Part shown: piece after piece, positions 46,728-60,880 of the stretch
How positions within the stretch are numbered: the first letter of the stretch is position 1
Layout: every line of letters starts with the position of its first letter
Assembly: GCA_965202585.1 (NCBI GenBank)
Contig: OZ241833.1
Coordinates: 36,084,001-36,148,000 of the forward strand
Reading direction: 5' to 3'
DNA from: Thalia democratica
Lineage: Eukaryota
Length of the DNA: 64,000 bases
Translations under genes and position numbers: made by a program
The notes under the pieces: generated by a model
What the model saw: only the letters and a program-made list of their open reading frames with translations
What the model was told of the DNA's origin: nothing
Databases searched by the model: none

Positions 46728-48535
46728 TTTAATTATCCATCCCACCCACCCCAAAAATTATATCCAATATATATTCTAAACTATTTTTTTAATTTCAGAA
46801 ATTTCATGTTACGTCACTAACTCTTTCAGATGTTCATTTTAGTCGACATAAAATCGTTTAAAAATATGTATGAAAAATTTGCATAAAATTAGCATAACTT
46901 TTTTTTTTATTTCATGTTACGTCACTAACTCTTCCAGATGTTCGTTTTAGTCGACATAAAATCTTTTGTTAACCTAAATTCCTGCTCTAAAAACTACCGT
47001 TTTAACTATGCATTAAGGATAATTGCTCTACTTGAAAGAAAAAATAATATTTTAACTTTAAAAACATGTATAAAAAATTTGCATAAAATGATCTTAACTT
47101 TTTTTTTGAGTTGATTATCAAATTTAATATCTTTGGAACGTAACTTTAAATTACTGTAATGATGTTAATTCTTGATAAATAAAAGTGTTATACGTTTAAG
47201 AAATAAATAAAGTATTACACAACTGTAATAACTGATAAATATAACAAAGAAAGTCAATGTGCTATAATGAAACATCACTTTTGTTTTTTTGAAGTTTGAT
47301 AAATCATTGCAATCTAGTATTGGTTTGAAAAAAAATAAATTTTATTTTTAGCTTACGTTAGCAGCTTACTTAAAAATCTTAAAGTAAACATTAACGATTT
47401 TGTACAATAAACTAAAAAACGATAACGCTTTTAAATCAACTTTGGTTGAATTAAATTTCAAATTAAACTTTAAAAGCACTAATTGCTTTAAGTTAGTTCA
47501 GAAGCTTTTTAATGTGTTGAATAGATAAATTGATAGTTTTTAATGTTTCGGAATAAAACAATCGTATGGTCCTGGACAAGACGTTAAAAGGTATCCATGA
47601 TGTGCGACTCGATAACCGAAAGGTTTTTGTGGACCAGGTCCTAGAGCCAAATATTTTGAACGTCTTTTTTTTGTCTTTCAATAAACTATAAAGGTGTATA
47701 AATAAGTTGATTGTCTAATTAACATACTATCTTATGAGAATATTTTATAAATTGTTTTAACTTCTCAAATTTAACAAATCGTTTTTAATTTTTACTTCTC
47801 AAATTTATTTATAACTTAACGAATGACTATTTAAAACTGACATGGCAAGCTACTTTGCTAATAAAGTCAATCAGCGTTTAGACGTGTAAGCGGGTTGACG
47901 CCGTGAAGGTAACTGTTAGTTGCAGGCATATAGCTTATAGCTCAAGTCGACTCGAGGTGGCTGTTAAAGGTTGTATAGCAGACCTGATTGAATAAGTAGC
48001 GAGGGAAGGTAAAGCGAAAGCTTGTTATCATTCTCAATTAAAATAACTGATTAGTGTACTCCTCAGTAAAAGTATTAAATCTGTTGGTATGTTTTAAATG
48101 TTTATTACTAACAAAATAAAAAAAGATTTTTAATCTGTTCTTTACAATTTTGATGGTCAAGTTGTTCAGTACTTAAGTGAATTTATTAACAAATTTAGAG
48201 CTTAAGAACTACATAAGTTTTAAATAATACCTTTTGATAAGTTTCATTAACAACACTTTGATATTGTATGTTTTGATTTTTAGGAAAGAAATAAAGAGAT
48301 CACAACTACTAGAGGAGATTTATTCTTTCAATACATTTTTATGCAAACTAAGTTTAACATTTATAAAGGGTTTTATTTTGAAGACCATGAAAATGTTTTC
48401 AGCTTAACACATCAAAGTTGTTGATAAAGTCTTAAGAACAATCCGTATACTTTACTTAGCAGCTATCAAAGTTTCACTTTTAAGACATTGAGTTTTTTTT
48501 TTTCAGCATTAAAACATCATAATTGTTTTTAACAG

Positions 48536-48647
48536 ATTCGACAAGTTCAACTCAAAATATAATCCGATCGGGCAGAGCATTCTGAGGGAAGTTTACATAA
48601 AAACCGATAACCAGATTGGAGGAAAATATTTTGCCCATGTTTGCAGG
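48536..48647 (+). pseudogene. AMPD: Isolated AMP deaminase exon, copy 3
   Basis: Same 112-bp exon with intact splice sites. Confidence 0.85.
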
Positions 48648-48712
48648 GTTAGTATGAATTTCTATTTGTTTTGTTAATTAACAATAAAAAACATAACAAT
48701 CATTAATTTTAG

Positions 48713-51700
48713 TTTCAGTCGCTGAATTATTGAATTTTTCTGCATTTATTTCACTTGAAGGTAAAGTTTGTTAGAATATTTTACAGTTTTAACATGTTTT
48801 AGAATGAACAAAACTAAAGACTATTTTAAAATTATTTTAATTAAAAAAAAAAAACTGAAAACTAAATACGTTGTTTAAGCTGTATCTACAATGCTTTTAT
48901 TTTATTTTTAATGTTTATAGTTATTATTTGGTATGTTTTTTACTTGAATTTTTAACCGAGCAATTTGTTTTCGTTTTGTGTAACATAGCACTTTAACTAA
49001 TGTATTCGCAAAAGTAAAAAAAAAAATATAAGTTTTCTTTTACTACTTTTGTTTTGAAATATCCTTTATGAAGATTTTTTGAATATTTATTATAAAACTA
49101 ACAAAGCAATATCTACAGAGTATGTAATATAGTATAATAAATTGGTTTAAAACAAAAAATTTAAAACATTATCAGCATTTCATTCTTTCAGTGGCAAAAA
49201 AAAAAAGAAAGTTTGTTTTTTAATAAAATTTTGTAAACTAAATATAGCATTTGCAAATTAAGTAACAATATACATTTTTGAAAATATTTTGGTTTTATTT
49301 TTAAAAACTAGGAAAACAATTTTAATATTGTACAACGTTTAAAAGTTATAAATGCCGGTCAATTACAAAAAACACTACTGTTTGCGTTTATTATTATTTC
49401 AAAGCAATTCAAAAATTTTAAGTTTTATATATTCTCTTTTAAAAAAGTTGTGAACTAATCAATAACTAATTTAATTTCGTTAACTCTAACTTTATGTTTT
49501 TCATGATTGTCTCTATTTAAATAAAGTAATATTCTACAAGTAAGGTCTTACTTGTTAATTAGCTTGCTATTAGTGCTTAAAGTTTTAGTTAAAACTCTTT
49601 GTTTATTAAACAGAACACTTTTTAACCCTTTTACTTTACTAACCTTTTTAAGTTTAGAAGGCTACAAACAAATTATGTTTTTATATCAGAACAATACAAC
49701 TTAAACAAACAAAAAATTTATAAAATCACTATAGAAATATATTCTAACAACTCCAAATCGTAAATAACTTATCACCAATGGGTTTTGCAAGTATTTCGTT
49801 GTTATTTAAACTCAATAATTTTAAAAATTAATAAACTACCTTGTTTCAGGTTTGCAAAGCAATTTGAACAAGGAAGTCGGGATGATCGCATTGGGTCTCT
49901 TGTACCTGACGTTTCTCACAACTTCCATGTTCTTGCCCCCCCTAGTGATGAACATGCTCGATTGCAGGAAAATTCTCTGCATTTCAACTCTCGCGTATGC
50001 AACCTACACTGCCGGTTTGTTGGCGTTGTTGTCTATGAAATGTTTTTATTGACTACGAACTTTACTGTTTTTTAATACGAAACCTGCTTACAGTCGTTTA
50101 ATGAAAAACTACTAAACATTCGTTTTGAATTCTTATATATTTCTTTATCTTAATTCACTTTTATAAAAAGTCTAATTAGCTTATGAAATGTAAGCCGTTA
50201 TAAAATAATGCTTCTCAAAATCTATAAATTTAAAGTTCATACACTTAAACTTAATTTCTTAAAATTAGACGGTTAATAGTCTAAGGCTAATAAACCATTG
50301 TATTTACAACCGCTATATTTAAAAACTCAATTTGTAGGAACCACGCTTATATAACTACTGAGTATTAAATGCATAAAATATGTTTGAAAAACAAAAAATA
50401 TTTTTATTAGCATATTTTTAGACGGTTTTAAGCATCAATACTTTGTCAGAAACTTAACAAAATTTTGTCGTTTAAAATAAAATGTTGTTAATGCTTCATT
50501 ATTATTCTTTATTTATTTATTCATACTTTTTTTTCTATATAAATCAGTGATTAATTTACAGTACAAATTAAATTTGTTATATAAATTTTTTTCATACAAA
50601 GCTATTATAACGACTCAGTTGTGTTAAAATATATTACTTTTCAAAAAACAAGATATTTCTAAACTAATAAGACCGTTTTAATAAACAAACTTCGCTTCAG
50701 TTTATAACTTTTTTCGCAGCAAATTTCTACCCGGTCGCTCACACCATCGTTCCCGCCGCCGTGTTGCTGGGGACGGGCGCCTCGTTGTTATGGAGCAGCG
50801 TGCGGGTCTACGTGGCCAAGATTGCGGTGTGGCACGCCACCGCGCGGCAGAAAAGCGCGGAAAAAACCACCTACTTGTTCTTCGGCGTCTTCTTCGCCGT
50901 TTTCTCGTTCGCCGTCATCGTCGGCAACCTCGTCATCTCCTTCCTCGCTTCCGTGACGTCGTCGAATGACGTCACGACGAGCAACATGACGTCGTACAAT
51001 TCCACCGACTGCGGGCTGTTTTACACAATTGGTGAAGCTCCCCAGAACTCCTCATCGGAGGTTAACTCCCTTCCAAGGGAGAAAGTAAAGTTGGGTTTGG
51101 GCGTCTTCCTGGCCATGCAGCTGGTCGGCGCCCTCTTGTGCCTGTTCCTCTACGAAACCGAACCCAGTTTCCGTAGCAACGACATAGAAGTAGCAGAAGG
51201 GGAATCCCCCGAAGTTATAGAGGAGAAGAGCACGTTGAGGCTGCTGAAGCTGATCTTCAAGGTTTTGAGGAGGGACAAGCCCGCATTGCTGCTCATGCCC
51301 ATCACCATGAGGGGGGGTTTTTTGTGGGCGTTCGTCATGGGCCAGTTCACCAGCGCCTGGATCTCTTGCGCCATTGGTTAGTAAATATTTCATGATATAT
51401 AGTTGATTTAATTGAAATAAGTTTCTTTGTACAGAAACAAAATTTTTAAATAATTTTAGGCGTTGTGGTAGTTTGAAATGTGAAAGCATAACTACTGTAA
51501 GTTTTTTTTTTCTTGATCTTCAAACTTTATAAGAATTAGAGAGAATTGTGTATTAAAAAAAATTCAGTCATACGGACAGGTATTTAAAACTTAAACTGTT
51601 GTTTATACCTAGATTAAGTTATTAAACTTTATAAATTTTCAGTCAAATTTTTTGTCTAAATATGTGTATATTAAAAAGTTAATTTAAAGTTACTGTTCCT

Positions 51701-53434
51701 CAAGCAGAAAAGTAAAAATTCAAGAAAGCCAAAAATAATATTAAAACAAAATACGACAATGTAATGAAACTCAGAAGCTTAGTTTTTTTTTTATTTATAC
51801 CAAATGCGTTACAGGCACTTTAAGCTTTATTTTACATTTTAAGGAATTACTCACGTGACGAACTGCATGGCGGTGTTGGGGGCGGCGATGGCAATGAGCA
51901 GTTTCTCCTCCGCCTACCTCTCCAAAAAAATCCCCGTTTCCATGGTGATCCTGGTCACGGCCGTCCTGGAAACCTGCATCCTCGTCGCCCTACTTGTGTG
52001 GCGGCCCAGTGACGTCATATGGGTTTATTACGTCATCGCAGGAGGGTTTGGGGTGACCAACGGAATCATGAAGTCACAAGTTGGTAGATTGATTAGAGTT
52101 GTATGAGCTGTTTGCAATAAGCTTTTGTTTTGTAGCGGGTTTAAGGTGTTTTATTTAGAAAAAATGTATTTGAAAATGTATTATACTGATAAAGACACTT
52201 AATTAAGCTTCACTTAAAAACTTATAACTTTAATACAGACCCCAATAAACGGCTCAAACTATAAGTTGTACTACACCAAGGTTTCCCTTTTTCACTTGCA
52301 CAAATTTTCAGTAAACTAAATCATGATCGCCCCACTCATTTCAAACCCCATAATATCAAGTTAAGTTCTAAATTTTCAGTGAATTGTGCCTGGGAGCTTA
52401 TATTTTTTCTCAATACAAACCCGAGGTTCTACAGTCTAAGTTTCAGATTTTTCGTGAAACGCATCGAACTCACAGCCCCCTTCAAGTCTGCTGATTTGCC
52501 TGAGGGAGCAGAATACTTTTAGAAACTACTAGATTAATTTTTTACTGAGATTCTATAAGTCCTCTTTGTGAGTATGAGTTGAAATTAAACATAAAACATT
52601 TAAAAACAGATTTAGAGCTGCATATAATTTTACATTAGAATCATAAGAGTTGTCTGATGTCTGATAAGCTTGTGTTTTCGTTTGAAGCAGGATAAAGGTG
52701 TTTTAATAAGTAAAATGTATTTTAAATTGTGTTATATATCAAAGACACTTGAATGTTCAACGAAGTAGTTTAAGTTAAAAACTTATAATTTTAGTACAGA
52801 TTGCTGATTCCAACATACAACTTAAACTATAATTTGTACTACATCAAGGTTTCCTTGATTCACTTGTACAAACGCCCCATCTTTAGTAAATAAAATACTC
52901 ATTTCAAGCTCCAGAATTTATAACATTAATAAGTTCTAAATTTTCTATTAATTGTGCCTAAGACCTTTTTCTCTTTAATAAAAACATCAGAACGTACAGT
53001 CGAAGTTTTTGTTAAAAATTATCTTAGTCAGCCCCCTAACTTGCTAAAATGTCTCTTAAGGGGGTTGTAGAGGGCCATAGGGGGCAACATAGGATACTTT
53101 GGCAAACTTCACGAACAACTTTTTACAAAGGTTTTAAAAGCACTTTTAGAGCTACGAGTTTAATTTAAACACGACCGCAGTTGCCTTTTTAATTGAAATA
53201 TTTTCAAAGGTTCCCGCGCTCTACTGCCTCATCTGGACTTCCGGTGACGACCTGGTCGCCAGCTCGACCCTCCAGAGCCTGTGGGAGTCCCTTGCGGCGA
53301 CGATGTTGTACGGGTTGAGCGGAGTCATGCTCCCCGTCGCCCAGCTGGCTTTCGTCATGGCAACCACCACCGTGGGCACCGGGACGCTGCTGGTTGCTTG
53401 GAGGATGCGGGACAAGGAGTCGAGGTTTTGGTAA
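48713..53434 (+). CDS. UNC93A: UNC-93-like MFS transporter copy 4: exons 48713-48760, 49850-50014, 50720-51376, 51844-52079, 53210-53434; start codon not located
   Basis: All GT-AG junctions are phase-compatible (1,1,1,0). 1331 bp is open to TAA (~443 aa) with many hydrophobic helices. Family motifs LLNFSAF..LQS.LN, SMFLPP, LLG.GA.LLWS and KSQ..ALY...LWE are present. Only the extreme N-terminus is missing. Confidence 0.8.
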
Positions 53435-56400
53435 ATGTTTTATCCGCTAGGTGGCGGTGTTGTTTTGAGCTATGTTTTTTTGTTTCCTTATACACGTTTC
53501 AAATTCCGTCTACATTTGTCTATCGATTTTATTTTTGTTATTTAATTTTTGTTTATACTATTGTTAGTGTTAAATAAATCTTTTCATTTACATTTGTTAT
53601 TGTTGTTATTTTGGATAAGATCTAGAGACTGATATTAGACTTATATTATATAGTAAAATCTGAATGTAAAATATGTTAGTTTGATTTTATGGTTCAAGTA
53701 TTAAAATTATAATTTAAAAAATATTTTATTGTTTTAGACTTCTTTTTAGATTTTGTAGTTCAAACTTTTTAAAGTTTAAGTGTTTTTACTTAAATTTATA
53801 TTGTTGTCAAGTTTTATTTATGCCACGTTATTTTTAAAAGTTACTTATATTTTTGAAACAAAGTTTATATTATAGTGTTTTTAGGCTCTTTATTATAAAA
53901 GATACACTACTCAATCTGTCTGTCTGATTTGTAAAAAATAGACTAAAGTAGCATTGATTTATTAAATAAGTATGAATTTTTTTATCCGTTATGTTCTTTG
54001 AAATGTTTTGAGCTTCGGGCTATTTTCAATATATCTCTTGGGTGTTAGTATTACTTTATATTTATTACTCGGTTTCTAAATAACTTTATACAGTCAATAA
54101 AACGTAGTGACTTGTAAAGTTAGCTGACCATTATTCATCATAAACAATAAGTAGAAATTTTGTAAAGGTGAGTAAGTTCACTGTTTGTATAAAATATCGC
54201 TGTTTAACACTTATTCCGGCAATTCAACAAAGAGTTTGTGTTTTCTCCATCCTAGTAACAATTTTGTGAGCTTTTAGGTTTAGATTATTCAACAAAAAAA
54301 ATTTTCCAAGTTTTGACTTGCAAATTGTCAACTTGAAAATATTAATTTTAAATCAGGACTAGTATATCAACAACAAGTTCTTACTCACAAACAATGACTG
54401 TTCTCAGAACATCTTATAAAGTTTGTTTCAACCAAAAGTTAACAAAAACTAGACTTAACATTTCTGTTTAAAACTCCACTATACCTAAAGCTTATTTAAA
54501 ACTTTATTGACAGTTTTAACACAGTTGTCAAAACATTAAGCTTTTAAATAATAATTTTTGTTTTCCCCGTCATATATATCGTATCTGCTTGTGCAGGTAA
54601 TTTTATTATTTTTATCAATGTTTTTAAGAAGAAGTTATATAATTTTTGGGATGATGTTATTTTTTAGATACTTAACAATTACCAAAAAGCAGCTTCATTA
54701 TGTTGAAAATAAGAAAAAAAGTTGTAGAAATGCTGATTAAGATTGGTTTTTGAGATAGTTAATTTCGTTAAAGCATAAAATTAATTTAAACAAGAAATTA
54801 CTGTCTTTAAATTTTAACTTTTGTAATTCCAGCCGCGGGCCCATTGTGATAAAAAATTAACGTTAAAGTTTTAAGTTTTTTGATATGAGTGTTTATGAAA
54901 ACGCTACTAAACAAATAAATTAGAAAAAAAAATATATATGTATAAAAGTAACCAAAGTGTATATATAGTCTTAAGGCAGTCAAACATAAAAAATAAAAGT
55001 AGAAACTAAATAATTTGTGTCGGTACTTTATGATTACACTTAAGATACATTTTTAAATAATAACATATATTTAAAAAAAAAAACACACAAAACTGTCTAG
55101 AGTTGCTTGAAAATACCAAGTTTATAAAATCGTGTTTTTAACTATTTTTTAGTCTTGCCTATTTAACCGTTTCCTAACTTTTCTAAAATTCTGGCAAATG
55201 AAAAAAAAAACCAGTAAGAAAATTAATTAAAACTTTGTGTGTTTAAATAATCAAGAGATTAAAATTTTCTTCTTATAAATTTAACTACTTAACAAATGTT
55301 TTATTTATAAATAACAACATTTTATTGTCCGTTACAACATGAAACACAACAAAAAGTTTAACAAATACTTTTTCAGTGAATATTTCGAAAGCAGAAAGTA
55401 ATAAAACTAAATTTTATCCTTTTAAATTTTGAAAGATAATTTGACTATAGCCCAAAAAGGGGCAACTTGTCCTAGTTTAGGAAACCCTTGTATGGATCTG
55501 TTCAGGATTTTTTTAAGTAGTGTGCAATTAAAAAATTCAGAAAGTTTTACAAGTTATGGTTTATGAAACTAGCGGAAAAATATTGCTTTGTTATTTCACT
55601 TACTATTTGTAACTTAATTATTTATTTCGGTTTTCAACTTCAAAGTAGTTTATTATAGATATTAACAACGTGCGGTGCTCAAATATGCACGAAGAGTCAC
55701 TTTCTCGCAGTACCAACTTCGTACGGTAGAAAATCAACCGGCGGGAGTAATTATGACTTCTTCAAGCATTACGTAGTTCAGGCAAGCTCATGTCTGGGTT
55801 GTAATTGATTTTTGAGCTTGCTGCCGTTCAACATTATTGATTTACTGAGACCAACAGTAACAGTTGCGACTTTGAATGTATTGAAGTGTTTTATAAGGCC
55901 CGTATTTTTATTATTAAATTTTTATTTATAGTAATTTAAACTTTGTCTAACAAATGTTGCTTCGTATTAACATTAAGTATAAGCCTAAGTTGCTGTACAG
56001 ATATGGAATTTATGAATACATGCTTTGTTATCTTTATTAAGAGTTATTAAATTTAAAAGTACTGTTAAAAAATTGTATAAATTGCCAACGTACTGTATTT
56101 ATTGAATTAAACAATTCAATTAAATTGAAAAACTTTCAAAATTAGAAAACCTGTATTTATTACTTAAAAAATAAGAATGGTTAAAAAACCAAACTTTTTT
56201 AAATTATTAAGACTCTAAGTTACCTATCAGTAGGATTTCATTAAATTAATTACTTATAGATAAATTTTTAAAAATACTCAAGAATTACATTCAATTGGTT
56301 ATGTACTATAGATGACGATCTTTTTTATTTTAAAATTAAACGCTTAAATATACGTTATCTAAATTGAACAGATTTATTTTAAAAATAGCAACAAATATTA

Positions 56401-56450
56401 AATTATGTATTAGTCCAAAACAATAAGTTACTTAAACGTGTAAAGTGTTT

Positions 56451-57872
56451 TCAATAGATAATAAGCTTAGGTACTTTTACGCAACAAAAACCAATAATGT
56501 TTTCTGTCAACTCAAACTCTTCTTCACACCATTGATCTTTGCCAATGTCGTAGCACCAATATGATCGCGAGTAGGCACTGTAGGCAACAATCTTTTCACC
56601 GATTGAAACAACTCTGAAGCGGCTTGATTTCTGATCTCTTCTCACCGGTCTCTTGATCAGCGCGAACTGCTGGCAGTCGGAATCAAAGACTTCGCAGCTT
56701 TCACGAGAGGGATAGAATGCGGGACGTGCGATTATGAACAGCTTGTTTCTGACGGCCACTTGTCCGTGATATTCTCTGGCGCCCAGCATGCTCGGCATTT
56801 GCGCCCACTCGTTCGTCTCGTGGTCGTACGCTTCGACTGCGCGCGAGTGCGCTCCGTCAACAGTCCCGCCGGAAACGACCACTTTTCCTCGGTAAGCCGA
56901 ACAAGCCGCGTTGTTTCTTCTGAGCATCATCTCAGCAATTGGTTTGAACGAGCAGTCTTTCGTGTCGAACATTCTTTCAGTGTCACTTGGATTATGGACA
57001 TAAGCGTCGTTACGTTTATCTCTCCTTTCACCCCCACAAATATATATTTTGTCCATCAAAGCGCAAGCGCAAAAATTTTCCTGCTTCACGTCCTCTTGCG
57101 ACACGCGCTGCCAAGTTTGGGTGAGCACAGAGTATTTGTCAACCTGTGTTACGGTTCCGAACCCGTTGAAACCATAAAGAAAATAAACTTCTGCCCTCAG
57201 ATAAACTGCTTTGAAGTGGGCTCGCGTTCTTTTCATTTGCAACGCGTCAGCTTTGGAGGGTTTAAAACTTCTACCGTCCACCTTGTGCGCGTTGGTGAAA
57301 AACATTTTTCCGAAGTAGCCTCCGCAGACGAGCACGTCAAACATGTCTTGACCGCAGTACCTGTGACGAGCGGAAAGTTTGCTTTCAACTTTTTTGCTGT
57401 CAACAACGTTTTGTAAAATTGCAGCGCGCTCGTCGTTTCCCGCAAAAGCCGAGCTTTCGCGCAGCAAACGCTCCAAGCTGCCGCTCGACAACAAACTGAG
57501 ACGCACTTTTGCGAAGAGGTCGCTCGCGAAAGCTCTTCTGCCTTCAAAGTCGCGGCTCAGCCAACCGTTGGCTGCGTTGACGACCTCAAGCTCGGAAGTG
57601 ACATGCAGCGAAGAGCTTGAAAGCACTTTTGCAACCAGAGCAGAGCTCAGCTGCTGAAAGTTTTCAGTTTCAGCGACCACCGTGAAAAATCGTTCTATGT
57701 AGCGCAGCAAAGCCTTAGAAAGGTTTTTTAAACTGAAGGTGACAGTTATCTCATAAAAGGCCGCCACATTCTTGAAACTTGTTTTCTCCTTGAAAACTTC
57801 GCAAATCTGGTTGCTTACTTCAACTTCACTCAGCAAAATCTTGCTTATCTTCAAATTTGAAACAGTTTTCAT
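56451..57872 (-). CDS. Kelch-like protein (BACK plus kelch), 473 aa; copy K3
   Basis: Intact ORF with 5 amino-acid differences from K1 (C57R, G147D, H149R, G227A, F424I). Confidence 0.9.
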   Translation of the reverse strand: MKTVSNLKISKILLSEVEVSNQICEVFKEKTSFKNVAAFYEITVTFSLKNLSKALLRYIERFFTVVAETENFQQLSSALVAKVLSSSSLHVTSELEVVNAANGWLSRDFEGRRAFASDLFAKVRLSLLSSGSLERLLRESSAFAGNDERAAILQNVVDSKKVESKLSARHRYCGQDMFDVLVCGGYFGKMFFTNAHKVDGRSFKPSKADALQMKRTRAHFKAVYLRAEVYFLYGFNGFGTVTQVDKYSVLTQTWQRVSQEDVKQENFCACALMDKIYICGGERRDKRNDAYVHNPSDTERMFDTKDCSFKPIAEMMLRRNNAACSAYRGKVVVSGGTVDGAHSRAVEAYDHETNEWAQMPSMLGAREYHGQVAVRNKLFIIARPAFYPSRESCEVFDSDCQQFALIKRPVRRDQKSSRFRVVSIGEKIVAYSAYSRSYWCYDIGKDQWCEEEFELTENIIGFCCVKVPKLIIY

Positions 57873-58203
57873 ATCTTCTGTTTTATGTGCATTTGTTAAA
57901 AAATCAATATAAATATTTTTTCAACTAAAAAAGATTGCTCAATTTACAGAGATGTAAAGAGTTTACTTAAACAGGGATGTGCCAGTGTTAAGTATTTTAT
58001 TTACAACCAGGTTTCAATGACAAAAAATTGCGACCTCTTCAAGTGAATTAAAATAGTAAGCAATGTTGCTAGCCTGTAATGTTGTGTGCAGTTTACTAGT
58101 TGCAATAAACCTGGTTGCAAATAAAACAACTAATTTGCATATCTCTATTTAAAAAATCAATATAAAGTAATGGATTTAGTTATTTAATATAATTAAAGTA
58201 GAA

Positions 58204-59516
58204 TAGGGGTAGGCAACTTTTTAATCGGCTGGCTGGATCCGAAAAAAAATATTTTTTGGCGAGCCGAGCATTTTGAGTTATTAATCTACTGGATCCAGTA
58301 TACGGATCCAACAGAATAATAAATTTTTAAAACCGGGTCTTAATTAGAAACTACTATTATTCGGCCAGATACTAATTTTATGGGTCTAATAGATCATTAT
58401 TGCAAAATCATTTCTTTCACAAAAATTTCACAAGTATGACATTTTAATTGTTTATTAAGTTCTCAGATTATTATATTTATTATAACCCTGAAAAGCACTA
58501 ATACTAATTTTATAAATACAAAACTATGATTTCTAAAAATTACTTGAGACAAACTTTGACTTGCTAAGTTTAGCATTAAGTTTTTAAATTCTTTAAATTT
58601 TGAATTTCTAAATGTAATGTCATACTAAAGTTCATCGTCACATCAAACTTAATGAAAAATAAAATTATGATATAAATGTACTTCTCCGCTTATAACACTG
58701 ACTGTTCTATATTTGCAACTGTTGGTAAATACGTCAAGTTGTTCTTACTGAGACTGAAAAACACAGTATAAGTTTTAACTTTAATACCTTTTCTACAGAG
58801 TAATGTTTATTAGCGAAAGTAACCTTCCTATTAAGTTGGTATTCAATTCGTTCACATGCCTAAACAAATGTAGCATGAATCTGAGAGACAATTCATATTT
58901 GAAAAATGATTTGAATTATTTTAATTTCATTTCACTCAAAAATAACTAATTAGCGGTTTTCGGTCCCAAACGTGTCTTATGAATTTTTTAAACAATATAA
59001 AAATTTAAAGTTGAGTAGTTGACTGAAAACAGATGTGAACTGCTGTTTGGAAAATGATAAAAACTACTTTTTTTGATATCAATTTAAACAACTCTCTGTT
59101 TTTTCAGGAAGACTTTGACTTTTGACTCGTCAATATTTTATTAGTGTTATTAAAATGATAGACTGCCAAAGGTAGATAAGTAAAATATCAGATTTAAATA
59201 AAAGTTTTGCTTTGGGTAATTTGAAAAAAGAATATTCCAACTGAGTTTGAACAAAACAAAAACATTAGGACAAAGCGGTGTTTTTATAACTATACACAAA
59301 TATAAAATAAAAACACTTTCAAACATGCAATCGAAGTCTAATTATTACAATTTGTGTAGTAAAAGTATGGTATAAAGTTTGTAACATTAAACTTTGCAGG
59401 CCAGTCATTTTCATCGGCGGGCCAAATTCCATTTAAATTTTAAAAAAGTTAGCGGACCGGGCTTTTCAACTCTGCGGGCTTGATCCGGCCCGCGGTCAGT
59501 ACGTTGCCTACCCCTA
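58204..59516. mobile_element. Non-autonomous hAT transposon (paralog of 10796-12107)
   Basis: Perfect 14-bp TIR taggggtaggcaac / gttgcctaccccta and TSD aagtagaa / aaatagaa. Confidence 0.85.
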
Positions 59517-59804
59517 AAATAGAACGACTGTACTAGTTTTTTGTAAATTTATAAATGAGCATGTATTAAGTAAATGGTAGTAAATATTATGTAGTAATTC
59601 ACCTGCTCGAATTTGTTTAGTTTGAAATTTTTTTTCTTCTTCGGCAACTCTGGCTCTGCAATACTCGACAAAATTTGTTTCATTTAAGTTTTTACAAAAT
59701 TTTTCAGTTGTTGAGACTTTGCGTTTTTTCGATATAAAATTATTCATGTTTTAACTTTAAAAAAAATCCTGCTTTATAAATTAGCCTTTTATTTAAAAAA
59801 AAAT

Positions 59805-60880
59805 TCAATCTGTGCAAATAATTTTTCGTGCAAAATAGTCACTTCTGCAAAAATAACCCTTCGTTCAAAAGTGTCTTCGTGCAATTTTGTTTTCATGCAA
59901 AAGTGCTTACGTGCAATTTTTTTCCCTCGTGCAAATTTGATATCTATTTATAGTTTCTGCCTATAATCTATGAAACTCAATGTGGGTCAATTTTACATGA
60001 AGACAGTTTTTCACGGAGGGTCATTGTGCACGATTGGTAATTTTGAACTAAAGTAATAAAATTAAGTAAAGTAAAAGAGCTACCGACCGAGGATAAAGGT
60101 TAAGGGTAACATTGATAGTAAAAAACAAACAATAAACTTGTAAAGAAATTCAACCCGTGCAAAAGTGTTTCGTGCATAAGTGTAACTTCGTGCAAAAGTA
60201 GCTCTTCGTGCAAAATTGCTTCTTTTTGTATTTTTGACACTTACCAGTGGAATGTATCTTGTTGGAACGGGTCAACATTTCACGAGGGGACTAAATTGAA
60301 CGAAGACAATTTTACACGGCGGGTCAGATTTTCACGAGTGACAGTTTTGCACGAACGGTCATTTTTGCACGAGAGTAAAAAAACAGAAAAAAGAAAGTTA
60401 TAAAAAAAGAATAAGTAAAATAAAAATAAATCAACAAAAACAATCAGGAGATAAAAAAGTTACTGACCGAGGGTAAGGGTTAGGAGTGACATTGATAGTA
60501 AAATAAAACTAATAAATTACTATAAAAAAAAAACAAGAAGAAAGAATTAAAATAAATTAATATAAAAAGTGAGAAATGAAAAGCTACCGACCGACAGTAA
60601 GGGTTAGGGGTAACAGTGATAGTAAAAATAATACAAATAATAACTTATAAAAATATAAAACTAATTAAAAAAAAAAACTTACAGATCGAGAGTAAGGGTT
60701 AGTGATAACAGTGATAGTACAAAAATAAATGACAATGAAAATAGAACAAAAAATTAAAAGTATAAAAAAAATTCAATTCCTTGAAATAAATTTTTGTGCA
60801 AAATTGAACCTACGTCCAAAAGTGTCTTTGTGTAAAAGAACCTTCGTGCAATTTTATACGCTCGTGAAATTTTCACACCT
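59805..60880. mobile_element. Foldback/MITE-like CGTGCAAA cluster (paralog of 12390-13480)
   Basis: Same motif arrays as 12390-13480. Confidence 0.6.

Noticed and set aside
54510-54540. Small hairpin-like variant ttgacagttttaacacagttgtcaa unique to this paralog
   Set aside because: Only a 6-bp stem, most simply a local microinversion or insertion with no further support.
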